Shown here piece after piece: positions 19,269-28,368 of a stretch of DNA of 64,000 bases (the first letter of the stretch is position 1; every line of letters starts with the position of its first letter). The translations under genes were made by a program, and so were the position numbers. The stretch lies in assembly GCA_963546435.1 (NCBI GenBank), contig CAUUMU010000001.1, positions 231 through 64,230 on the forward strand. Direction: 5' to 3'. The notes beneath the pieces are model-generated. The model was given only the letters and a program-made list of their open reading frames with translations. It searched no databases and was not told where the DNA came from. This DNA comes from an uncultured Candidatus Saccharibacteria bacterium (GTDB lineage Bacteria > Patescibacteriota > Saccharimonadia > Saccharimonadales > Saccharimonadaceae).

Positions 19269-19348
19269 AATATAATCAGAGGCTACGTCTCTACTCTATT
19301 GGTGGCTCGACCTACAACCCGCGCGAACGAGTAATTCACCCCTGCCCG

Positions 19349-20266
19349 CTACTTATAAAACACTCGCTGATTGACACGCACATCAATATATGCAGGAGCC
19401 GCGCCACTACTCTGGAAGAATGTCATGGCCTTGACCGCTTGCGCTACCTGCGCCGCTGCCTCCCTGTCGGTGGTCATTTTAATACTGTATGGACGGCCCT
19501 TGATTGATAGGAGTGCCTGACGGACGGTGTTTTGTGGCAGGATAATTTCCGTAACCTCCAGCTGGTGCTCACGAAAGCCGGCGACAGCTTGACCGAGAAA
19601 GCTGAGAAAGTGGCGATTGATAACCTCCTGGCCGGCTGCAGTCGGCACACCGCTCTGGTCTTTGACGATGACTGACGGCGAGCTCGCGTAGGTGGTCGAG
19701 AACGTCACACCCGCATCGTCAACAAAATAGCTCTTATCACCAGAGGTCCACTGGACGACTGGCTGGCGAAAGGTAAGTTTGAGGCGCGGCCTGGCGAGCT
19801 GATCGGCCTCGAGGCGAACCGTCTTGACCTCCGGGGCCTTCTCAAGGAAAAAACTAGCTAGCGACTGGTGATTCAGTACAAACAAGAATCGCTCGACCGG
19901 ACGTGCACTGAGATATTCATCAATGAGGCGGTGGTAGCGATTGGCCTCTTTGGCGCTCGCCGCGTCTGGCGTTTGTACCGAGACCGTGACGGTACATTGC
20001 CATGCGAGTAGACCAATGACGACAAGCACCAGCGCACTGCTGAGTAACATAATCCACCGCGTCCGGCGACGCCGAGATTTCGCATGCTGAACCGTGCGCT
20101 CCGAGGTCTCGACCGGCGAGGCAGTGTGGCGGGTGTTGAGATTGCGATTACGGCGATAGGCTGTCTCGAATGAACTATCCTCGTTAATTAGCGCTGCTTG
20201 ACGACGAGCCGCAATTTCGCGGCGTGTGGTCGGCGTAGATTTTGCCCGAGAAAAGGGTAATTTCAC
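19349..20266 (-). CDS. FtsQ/DivIB-like cell division protein
   Basis: Basic N-terminus, one TM, C-terminal YIDVR; lies after murG. Confidence 0.65.
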   Translation of the reverse strand: MKLPFSRAKSTPTTRREIAARRQAALINEDSSFETAYRRNRNLNTRHTASPVETSERTVQHAKSRRRRTRWIMLLSSALVLVVIGLLAWQCTVTVSVQTPDAASAKEANRYHRLIDEYLSARPVERFLFVLNHQSLASFFLEKAPEVKTVRLEADQLARPRLKLTFRQPVVQWTSGDKSYFVDDAGVTFSTTYASSPSVIVKDQSGVPTAAGQEVINRHFLSFLGQAVAGFREHQLEVTEIILPQNTVRQALLSIKGRPYSIKMTTDREAAAQVAQAVKAMTFFQSSGAAPAYIDVRVNQRVFYK

Positions 20267-21426
20267 CGACGTCTCCCCTGTCGACGAATGACGGTGAGGA
20301 GCATCGCTGCCATGTCTTTGGCGGCGTTGGGCTTCGCAAATGTACCGATGTTTCGCTCGAGGCCGGCCAAGATCCGCGGCGACTTGACGAGACCAATAAC
20401 CTTCTTGCTCAGCACCTCTGGCGTCTGCTCCAACGTCGACTCTTCAACAATCACTGCCGCCAGCGCGTCCTGATACACCTTGGCATTCTTGAGCTGATGC
20501 CCAGCCGTCAACATACCATTCGGCACGATCACCGCTGGCTTATGCAGCGCCGCCAGCTCCAGTAGCGTCGTCGCACCGGCCCGCGCCACCACTACATCTG
20601 CCGCCGCTAGCACTTCGGCCATACCATGATTAACAAACGCTTCTAGTCGCCAGCCCGCCCGGCTATCAACACGCTCTTTCAGCTCGTCAAACTGATGCTT
20701 ACCAGAGATCAAGAGCACCGACGTCTCAGCCAGCAGCTGCTCGCGCGTGGCTACCACCGCTTCGTTGAGGCGCGCCGCTCCCAGCCCACCGCCAGTCACC
20801 ACCACCAGTGGCCGCGCCGGATCAAAGCCAAACTTGGCCTTTAGCTGTCGCCGCTCAGCCGCGCTATATGGTCGAAATTCCTCAGCCACCGGAATGCCGA
20901 CATACTCCGCCTTGACGTCAGGATAATTATAGTGCTCCAGCGGCGCCCCGGTGCCGATCTTGGCAGCAAATGGCGCCAGTAGTCGATTGGTCAGTCCCGG
21001 ATGCGCATCCGAATCATGCAGCACTAGCGGGATCTTCAGTAGCCGCGCCGCATAACCAACCGGCAGGCACACGTAGCCGCCCTTGATAAAAATCACATCC
21101 GGCCGCCATCTGAGCAACTTACAAAAGCTCTGAATAAACCCAATACCAACCAAAAAGATATCGCGCAGATTCGGTAGTAAAATTGACGGTCGAAGATGAA
21201 ACGTCATGCTTTTACCGTGGTAGCGGCGGATCTTGCCAGCAATAATCAGCTCAACCGGGACCGTCTCGTCAAATTTACCAAAAATACCGCGAGCGCTAGC
21301 GCCAAACTTCCGATCACACCAAAACCGCAATTCGTGATCACCCGATGATCGCAACTCCTTACACACTGCCACGACTGGCGTAACGTGTCCGCCCGAGCCG
21401 CCGCCGACCGCCAAGATCTTTGCCAC
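20263..21426 (-). CDS. murG: MurG glycosyltransferase
   Basis: GGGSGGHVTP, KGGYV, PGLTNR, GGGLGA, RAGATT, HQLKNA. Confidence 0.95.
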   Translation of the reverse strand: MAKILAVGGGSGGHVTPVVAVCKELRSSGDHELRFWCDRKFGASARGIFGKFDETVPVELIIAGKIRRYHGKSMTFHLRPSILLPNLRDIFLVGIGFIQSFCKLLRWRPDVIFIKGGYVCLPVGYAARLLKIPLVLHDSDAHPGLTNRLLAPFAAKIGTGAPLEHYNYPDVKAEYVGIPVAEEFRPYSAAERRQLKAKFGFDPARPLVVVTGGGLGAARLNEAVVATREQLLAETSVLLISGKHQFDELKERVDSRAGWRLEAFVNHGMAEVLAAADVVVARAGATTLLELAALHKPAVIVPNGMLTAGHQLKNAKVYQDALAAVIVEESTLEQTPEVLSKKVIGLVKSPRILAGLERNIGTFAKPNAAKDMAAMLLTVIRRQGRRR

Positions 21427-22642
21427 TTCCCTCTCCTTCCATTAATGGTTTGTGTGCCGTATAGGCTGACAGTTGAAATGCCAGACCCAGCGCCGCTGCG
21501 ATAAATAACATGCTGGTGCCGCCATAACTGAGCAGCGGCAGTGAGATACCAGTCATCGGAATAATCCCCGTCATCGAGCCAATATTCATCAGCACATGCG
21601 ACGCCACCCAGCCAAACACGCCCGCCACCGCTAGCCGCAAGTGCATATCAGCCAGCCGCGACGTCACCTTGAGCAGGCTCAGCAGCAGCGCCGAAAACAG
21701 TGCCAAGATAACCAACAGACCGACAAAACCAAACGTCTCACCCATCACTGCAAAAATCGAGTCGTTAATTGCCTCCGGCAGGTAGCCCGTCGCCTGCACG
21801 CTTTTACCGATACCGAGACCCAATAGGCCACCCGAGCCGAGGGCGATGCGCGCTTGTTGGATGTGATAATTATTTTCATCCCGGCTGGCTGATTGATGCG
21901 TATCACCCTGGATAAAGGTCATCACCCGCTCGATGCGATGCAGCGACGAGAACGTCAGCACTAACGCCGCAGCCGCGATCACCAGTACGATGCGTCGCAG
22001 TAGCCGAGCGTCCATCCCCGACACCGCTAACACCGACAGTACCAGCGCTACGAGCGACACACCCGTCCCCAAATCTTTCTGCAGTACCACCACCACAAAC
22101 ATCGACACCGCCATAATAATACCAAGTGGGATCAGCGTCTCGTTGATATCGTTGAGTTTGCCTTGGCGCACTCGCTTGGCCAAAAACCCGGCCACAAACA
22201 ATAGCAAGCCAAATTTCAATAACTCCGCCGGCTGAAAACTACCCAGTCCACCCAGATAAAACCAGCGGTACGCGCCGTTAGTGTCCGATGCAAATGGCAG
22301 ATGCAGCAACGCCCCGCAAACCACCAACAAGAAACACGCCGCCAAGCCCGCGATGAACAGTCGCTTGGCCCACGTCTCGGTCAACCACCGATACGGCAAT
22401 ATCGCCGCCACACCAAACGCCACCACAGCAGTGATGACGCTGGCCAGCTGCTTATTAAAAAAGAAGGTGTCGCTATAATTCGCGCCGTGCGTATGATTCA
22501 ACACATTCGCCCGCTGCGGCCCCAGCGCATACATCACCACCAGCCCCAACATCAACAACAACCCCATATACAGCACGATCTGATACATCGGCCGGTGTCG
22601 ACGCACCGCCTTGGCGGTTGAGGTGACGATGCGATTACGCAA
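21359..22642 (-). CDS. ftsW: FtsW (SEDS family)
   Basis: SFQPAELLK, QKDLGT, LPEAINDSIFA, PLLSYGGTS. Confidence 0.92.
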   Translation of the reverse strand: MRNRIVTSTAKAVRRHRPMYQIVLYMGLLLMLGLVVMYALGPQRANVLNHTHGANYSDTFFFNKQLASVITAVVAFGVAAILPYRWLTETWAKRLFIAGLAACFLLVVCGALLHLPFASDTNGAYRWFYLGGLGSFQPAELLKFGLLLFVAGFLAKRVRQGKLNDINETLIPLGIIMAVSMFVVVVLQKDLGTGVSLVALVLSVLAVSGMDARLLRRIVLVIAAAALVLTFSSLHRIERVMTFIQGDTHQSASRDENNYHIQQARIALGSGGLLGLGIGKSVQATGYLPEAINDSIFAVMGETFGFVGLLVILALFSALLLSLLKVTSRLADMHLRLAVAGVFGWVASHVLMNIGSMTGIIPMTGISLPLLSYGGTSMLFIAAALGLAFQLSAYTAHKPLMEGEGSGKDLGGRRRLGRTRYASRGSV

Positions 22643-23672
22643 TATGACCCCCCGCCAGAGCCAGCATCACGCCAATAAACGCCATCACACAGCCAATCAC
22701 CCAGAACCGCATCGTCACTTTAGTTTCCGGCCAGCCGCTGGCCTCTAGGTGATGATGGATTGGCGCTGACAAGAAAATTTTGCGCTTAAAGAGTTTTTTG
22801 CTCACAATCTGGATCAGGCTCGAACCCGCCTCGATCACAAACAACAACCCAATCACCGGCAGCAGCAGCAATGAATTAGTCAGCATTGCCACCACCCCCA
22901 AACTTACCCCGTAAGCAAAGCTACCAACATCGCCCATGAAAAACCGCGCTGGATAGATATTAAACCAGAGATAACTCAGCAGCACACCAACTACCGTGAA
23001 GCAAAATCCCGCTAGCAGTACCTGTTGCTGCAGCAAGGCAATCACCCCGAAGGCCCCAAAGCTAATCCCCAACAGCCCACCGGCCAAACCATCCATGCCA
23101 TCAGAAATATTAACCGCATTGCCAGTCGCCACCACCGCAAAGGCAAACAGCGGGATGATCAGCCATCCAATCGCCACGTCGCCCATGAACGGCACGTGAA
23201 AACTTGCCACACCGAGCTTAGTATAGAAAAACCAGCCAAGGACGATACCGATAAGCATAATCAGCGCAAATTTCACCGGACTGCGTAAGCCGGCCGCACC
23301 ACCGCCCAGCCCGCGTAGATTAATAATGTCATCAATGAGCCCAACCGCGGCACCGCCGATCAACGCCGCGAGTGGCAGCCATGTCTGCGCTCGATCTAAA
23401 TTACAAGAGAACGTCACCACAAAAATTGAAATAACACCGATAACTCCAGCCATCGTTGGAATATTTCGCCGCAATTTTGCCGCTTGGAATTTAGCAAAAA
23501 CCTTCAACTCTTTGCCGTCGGTACTCTCCGAGCGCTGCCGCTTCCAGAACCGGTATCGATAGGCAAAAAACGTATAAATTGGCGTCAGAAACATCGCTAG
23601 TAAGAACGCCCCGACACTGAGCAAGAATACGTGCGTTAATTCGTTGGTCATTGTTTGTAAAGCAGTTGCCAT
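22635..23672 (-). CDS. mraY: phospho-MurNAc-pentapeptide transferase
   Basis: PTMAG, NAVNISDGMDGL, FMGDVGS, APIHHH. Confidence 0.95.
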   Translation of the reverse strand: MATALQTMTNELTHVFLLSVGAFLLAMFLTPIYTFFAYRYRFWKRQRSESTDGKELKVFAKFQAAKLRRNIPTMAGVIGVISIFVVTFSCNLDRAQTWLPLAALIGGAAVGLIDDIINLRGLGGGAAGLRSPVKFALIMLIGIVLGWFFYTKLGVASFHVPFMGDVAIGWLIIPLFAFAVVATGNAVNISDGMDGLAGGLLGISFGAFGVIALLQQQVLLAGFCFTVVGVLLSYLWFNIYPARFFMGDVGSFAYGVSLGVVAMLTNSLLLLPVIGLLFVIEAGSSLIQIVSKKLFKRKIFLSAPIHHHLEASGWPETKVTMRFWVIGCVMAFIGVMLALAGGHIA

Positions 23673-23674
23673 GA

Positions 23675-25423
23675 CTATCCCTTCGGTGCTAATTTCATAT
23701 AATCAATCATCCAGTTGGAGATATCAGTAAAAATTGGTGCAGCGTGAATGTTACCCTGTAAGTTCTTGCGCTTGCCAGGCGCCGCGACACGTACCATTAT
23801 GACATACTCGGGGCGATTTGCGCCACCATAGCCGATATACGTCGCTACTGTTTCGTCCATGGTATAGCTACCATTGATCAGTGTCTCTGAGGTACCAGTC
23901 TTGCCGCCGACATCATAGCCCGGCTTGTCTTTATCGGGCATACGCTGATTGAGGACCGCCCGCGCCGTCGACAACATACCCCGCATCGTGGCCGATGACT
24001 GCTCAGAAATAGTCCTGCGCAGTAGCGAAGCGGCCATTGGCTTCAGGCCGCCATTTACGTCCACCGTTCCAGCTACCACCGTCGGTCGAAAATACTGCCC
24101 GCCATTCACCACCGAACAAAACGCACTGGCCGCCTGCACCATCGTCGCATTCATACCCTGCCCAAACGTAATATTCGCGTAATTCACCTCCGCCCCCGGC
24201 CGGTTCGGCACGTAAAGCAGCCCCGGCGCCTCCGCCAGCTCAATCCCCGTCGCCTCACCGAACCCAAATTTGTCGTGATAATACTCATACAGCGTCTGCC
24301 GCGCACCCGGGGTGATCGTCGATCCATCGCCCAGCCGCCGCGCAATCGTGATCATGCCGACGTTGAGCGAATTATTAAACGCACTCTGCATACTCGTCGT
24401 ACCGCTGAGTCCCCTTAGAGCATTACACATTTTCCGATCCCCCACCTCAGTACAATCAGTGTTCGAGTACGTTGACTGCGGCGTCACCACACCCTTATCA
24501 ATCCCCGTTGCCATACTGAACGTCTTGACAATGGACCCCGGCTCAAACGGCAGCATCGTCGTCGCGTTACTAAACACTGCTGCGTCTTTTTGCTTGGCGT
24601 ACTCGGCTGGATTATACGTCGGATAATTAGCCATCGCTAGCACTTGTCCATTATTCGGATTCATCACCATCACACTACCCTCGGTCGCGCCGGCCTTTTC
24701 GATACCTCGTTTGAGCGCCTCTTCAGCGTGACTCTGCACATTGCGATCAATCGACAGCGCCACATTCTCGCCCGACTTCGCCTCGACACGCACGTTATCC
24801 TTACTCAGCGTCAGCGGCACATTACGCACGTCCGCCACTGTTTTGAGTAGGCCATCGCGGCCCTTCAGCCTATCATTCAGCGCCCCTTCAACCCCGTACT
24901 GACCCTTGCCCTCAGCATTCACGAAGCCTAGCACCTGCGCTGCCAGTTGCCCCTCCGGATAGTTGCGAATCGACCCCTTTTGATACAAGATACCGACAAA
25001 ATCCTTGGCCTTTAACTTCTCGGCTTGCGTGCGCGTGATGTTGCGCGCCAGCACTTCGTAGCGAGAGGTGGTGCGCTCCAGCCGCTTGGCCGCGTCACTC
25101 ACTACCTCGCCACCGGCAATTTCCTGTAGCGCCGCGATAATCTGCTGGCGCTGCTCCTGCTTGACCGTCTGCGGATCAGCGATAACCGTATAGACCGTCT
25201 GGTTGAGCACCGTGGGGACGGCCGCGCCGCCATCCATCATATATAGCTTGCCCCGCTCGGCCGGAATAACAAAATGACGCTGCTGACTGGCCTGTGCCAG
25301 CGACACGTATTCGCTGTGCTTGATGATCTGTAGATAAAACAGCCGCATCACAAAAATCGCCATCATCCCCAACAGAATGATAGCGAGTACGCCGGTTCGA
25401 GATTGCGTTAAGTGACGTTTCAT
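23675..25423 (-). CDS. ftsI: class B penicillin-binding protein (FtsI)
   Basis: EPGSIVK (SxxK), SLN (SxN), KTGT; dcw context. Confidence 0.9.
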   Translation of the reverse strand: MKRHLTQSRTGVLAIILLGMMAIFVMRLFYLQIIKHSEYVSLAQASQQRHFVIPAERGKLYMMDGGAAVPTVLNQTVYTVIADPQTVKQEQRQQIIAALQEIAGGEVVSDAAKRLERTTSRYEVLARNITRTQAEKLKAKDFVGILYQKGSIRNYPEGQLAAQVLGFVNAEGKGQYGVEGALNDRLKGRDGLLKTVADVRNVPLTLSKDNVRVEAKSGENVALSIDRNVQSHAEEALKRGIEKAGATEGSVMVMNPNNGQVLAMANYPTYNPAEYAKQKDAAVFSNATTMLPFEPGSIVKTFSMATGIDKGVVTPQSTYSNTDCTEVGDRKMCNALRGLSGTTSMQSAFNNSLNVGMITIARRLGDGSTITPGARQTLYEYYHDKFGFGEATGIELAEAPGLLYVPNRPGAEVNYANITFGQGMNATMVQAASAFCSVVNGGQYFRPTVVAGTVDVNGGLKPMAASLLRRTISEQSSATMRGMLSTARAVLNQRMPDKDKPGYDVGGKTGTSETLINGSYTMDETVATYIGYGGANRPEYVIMVRVAAPGKRKNLQGNIHAAPIFTDISNWMIDYMKLAPKG

Positions 25424-25458
25424 ACCGCTTGTCCTATTGTACCACTTTTACCCCCAGG

Positions 25459-25809
25459 CTAACGAGCATAGTTCGTCTGCGTCGGTGTTTTCATCGCCGA
25501 GGCGACGTTGCTATGCTTGACCTTTTCGAGTGCTGTCAGCCGCGCATTCTGTACCTCTAGCTCTGACTTTTTCGTCGCCAGCTCATTCAGCTGTGAGTCC
25601 AGCCCCTCCGCCTCGTAGCCATAGGCCGTCGTCTTGGTCGCCTGCGTCAAGTACACCAGCCCCAGCACCATAATCATCAGCGCCACCAGCACCGTATGTG
25701 CCACTGGCCCGAGCTTGGTCTGTGATCGAAAACGGGTGGCGTTCTGGTTACGGCGAAGCTGCGGCCCAGAACGACGCGGTGTAAATGTGGTGGATGAGCG
25801 TGTGTGCAT
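25459..25809 (-). CDS. FtsL-like protein
   Basis: One TM plus coiled coil, between rsmH and ftsI. Confidence 0.7.
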   Translation of the reverse strand: MHTRSSTTFTPRRSGPQLRRNQNATRFRSQTKLGPVAHTVLVALMIMVLGLVYLTQATKTTAYGYEAEGLDSQLNELATKKSELEVQNARLTALEKVKHSNVASAMKTPTQTNYAR

Positions 25810-25965
25810 AAATAATTTCTGTGTGTTTACTGTGTTAATTTTGGTACTTTTGGTGGCGTGTCATCAAGACACAGGAAAACACAGCCAGTCGGCTCGCCCC
25901 TATCGTGGAAGAACGAGCCGCCGAGCTTGCATACTTTTTCCGGGAAAACTATCAAGCGAGCTTAC

Positions 25966-26037
25966 TTAGCCGCGGCGTACCGCAACGGTCTCAGCTACTT
26001 CTGCGTCCTGGAATTGTACTTTGATGTGGATTGGCAT
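25966..26037 (-). CDS. candidate 23-aa peptide MPIHIKVQFQDAEVAETVAVRRG
   Basis: Strong AAGGAGG RBS upstream of ATG, 22 nt after the rsmH stop. Confidence 0.45.
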   Translation of the reverse strand: MPIHIKVQFQDAEVAETVAVRRG

Positions 26038-26059
26038 GGTGTCGCCCTCCTTTTTTGTT

Positions 26060-26977
26060 TTATTTTTTCACGGCGTAGCGAAACTGAGCGCTTCGACTGC
26101 GCGGATTGTGAACATCTTCTGTTCCAGACACCGGTTTCTTCTCCGGGATTATCAGCTCGGCCTCGTAGCCAGCAGCTGCTTGCTCCCAGAAATATCGCTT
26201 GACCAATCGATCCTCCAGACTATGAAAGCTAATTATTCCGACTCGCCCGCCCCTGTTAAGGAGGCGTGGCAACAGTGGCAATAATTCTTCAACCAGCCGA
26301 AGTTCGTGATTGACTTCAATGCGCAGTGCCTGAAAGGTGCGAGTCGCCGGATGGTGCTTCATCCCGCCGCGACCGACAGTGTGCTTGATCAGATCAGCCA
26401 GCTCGGTCGTTCCCCGAATCGGCCTGGCGCTCACAATTGCCTGCGCAATCCGCCTGGCCCGCCCGGGACTTTCCTCGCCGTAGCGAGTCATCAGCCGCGT
26501 CAGCTCATCAACCGAATACGAATTGACGATATCCGCCGCCGTTGTTTCCGTCCGATTATCCATCCGCATATCTAGCGGCCCGTCAAACCGAAACGAAAAA
26601 CCTCTCTCTGCTCTGTCAAGCTGCGGTGACGACACCCCCAAATCAGCCAAAATCACGTCAAATGTACGTCCCTGCTTGACCAAATCCTGCGCTGCGCTCA
26701 CAAAATCTTTGTGAATTAGCGTCGCGCCTTTCTCGGCCAAATCGCCCAGCGTGTTAATCGCGTTATCATCGCGGTCAACTAGCACTGCGCCCAAGTAATT
26801 ATCCGTCCTCTGTAAGAATTCCCTGGCGTGGCCGCCATAGCCAGCCGTCAGGTCAAGATAACTCTCGCCTTTAGCTGGCCGCAACCTATCCAAGGTCACC
26901 TCCAGGAGTACGGGAACATGAATCGGTTCGCCCGTCTGAAGCGCTTCCGACTGTGGTGGATGTTCTTTAATACTCAT
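26060..26977 (-). CDS. rsmH: 16S rRNA m4C1402 methyltransferase
   Basis: HVPVLL, DLGVSSPQLD, PLDMRMD, FQALRI, SFHSLEDR, NPRSRSA. Confidence 0.97.
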   Translation of the reverse strand: MSIKEHPPQSEALQTGEPIHVPVLLEVTLDRLRPAKGESYLDLTAGYGGHAREFLQRTDNYLGAVLVDRDDNAINTLGDLAEKGATLIHKDFVSAAQDLVKQGRTFDVILADLGVSSPQLDRAERGFSFRFDGPLDMRMDNRTETTAADIVNSYSVDELTRLMTRYGEESPGRARRIAQAIVSARPIRGTTELADLIKHTVGRGGMKHHPATRTFQALRIEVNHELRLVEELLPLLPRLLNRGGRVGIISFHSLEDRLVKRYFWEQAAAGYEAELIIPEKKPVSGTEDVHNPRSRSAQFRYAVKK

Positions 26978-27372
26978 AGCAAAAGTATACCATCCCGTAA
27001 GCCGATCCGCACGAGCGTAAGCGAGCTTTAGGGGGAGGAGGTAGCGCAGACGAATTTAGTTCGGCTGGCTACCGGAGGGGCGAGCCCCTCCTCTTTTGCT
27101 GCTCGAGATCACCTAACCGGATATTTAATTCTGGCTGTTTTGTATTTGTGTTTTGTTTGTTTTTGTTGTCTAAGAGTGGAAATGTGATGATTGTCAGTGA
27201 CAACCATAGTTTCCAAAAGAGACTTATGTGTGAGGTGGAGTTTTTTGGGAGGTGTTTTGAGGAAAGAACGTTGCCGTTTTTATCGTGGAGCAAATTGCCA
27301 CCTGCCATCTTCAAATACCCAGATAGTTGATCTCGAGAGGTTTTCAAATTGTTAAGGTACTGACCCAGCTAA

Positions 27373-27741
27373 TCAATCCGCATTCTCAGCCGCCATCAGC
27401 CGAAAATACGCGCCCGCCCGCACCGCCACGACTTCCCGGTCAATGCCAGCATAGTCGAGTAGATGCTGCTCGATCGTCACCCGACCCTGTTTCTGGTCGA
27501 GCGCCGAGGCGGTTTTACCGCGGCGAAACTTGACGTTCAGGTCGGCCACACGCTCATCCAGAATACTTCCGGTTAGCGCACCCTCCACTTCCCGATCCCA
27601 GACTTGCTGTGGATACAGGTGCAGATAGTTGCCAAACCCGCGAGTCAACACGACGCCGGATGCAAACTCTGCCCTGAGCTCGGCCGGGATCGTCAAGCGC
27701 CGCTTGTCGTCCAACTTTCGCTCAAAGTAATCTGTCTGCAC
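27373..27741 (-). CDS. mraZ: MraZ transcriptional regulator
   Basis: LDDKRRLTIPAELR and DQKQGRVTI; GTG start with GGAGG RBS. Confidence 0.9.
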   Translation of the reverse strand: MQTDYFERKLDDKRRLTIPAELRAEFASGVVLTRGFGNYLHLYPQQVWDREVEGALTGSILDERVADLNVKFRRGKTASALDQKQGRVTIEQHLLDYAGIDREVVAVRAGAYFRLMAAENAD

Positions 27742-27821
27742 GTCGTCCTTCCTCCGTGGTAGATTAGTTGGTTTTTCGCAGTGGATGTTTATTTTGGTTG
27801 GTGTTGCCATCAACTTTCGTT

Positions 27822-27887
27822 CCACTGATTCCACTATACTACCCACAACTACCCACATGCAAGCCCTTTTACCCACTTTCTACCCAT
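27822..27887 (-). promoter_or_regulatory. MraZ-type operator repeats over the dcw promoter
   Basis: GTGG(G) repeats at ~10-nt spacing overlapping TTGCAT..TATAGT. Confidence 0.75.
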
Positions 27888-27957
27888 TTCCCTACCAAAC
27901 TAAAACTTTTCCACGGTTTTGTGGAAAAGTCTAGTGGTGCTGTGCTCGACTAAAACA

Positions 27958-28368
27958 CTATTGGTTACGGTCCACCGCATCACGGGTCGTGCGATATAAC
28001 TCACGCTGAAGTCGCTCTAATATATTGCACGTATCAAGATCTGCGCCTTGCGCAGTAATCTCGCGCAAATTTTCATCAGCAGCAACTTTATAGACGTGAC
28101 AATCACCTCTTTCACCTTCATCGGTATTATCGCAGCAAATACGATACGTGTCGAACTCTGTCTTCGACACATCGCCGTTTTCATCAAACTGACCGAGATC
28201 AACGTCCCTAGAGCTAACACCCAAATGACGCATTGCACCCGCTATACGATCCAAATGACTCTGCGCTGTCTGCTCACAGTCAATGAGGGTTCGTCTCATC
28301 TCCTGTGAGACTTTGAGTAACTGTTCTCTTAGCGATGGATCACTGTTTACCTCTACTGTCTCACTCAT
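27958..28368 (-). CDS. hypothetical protein
   Basis: ORF with GGAGG RBS, overlapping the end of the upstream frame. Confidence 0.65.
   Translation of the reverse strand: MSETVEVNSDPSLREQLLKVSQEMRRTLIDCEQTAQSHLDRIAGAMRHLGVSSRDVDLGQFDENGDVSKTEFDTYRICCDNTDEGERGDCHVYKVAADENLREITAQGADLDTCNILERLQRELYRTTRDAVDRNQ

Noticed and set aside
19290..19348. TGGTGG suggesting a tRNA or tmRNA 3' CCA end on the minus strand
   Set aside because: No T-loop (GTTCRA) at the right distance and no cloverleaf
21359..21426. 68-nt ftsW/murG overlap
   Set aside because: Both genes are intact; a C-terminal extension explains it
27069..27347. 92-aa ORF between mraZ and rsmH
   Set aside because: TTG start without RBS; low-complexity translation of the A/C tract
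27822..27887. Short periodic repeats as CRISPR or iterons
   Set aside because: 10-nt period of GTGG upstream of mraZ fits the known MraZ operator; no spacers or cas genes
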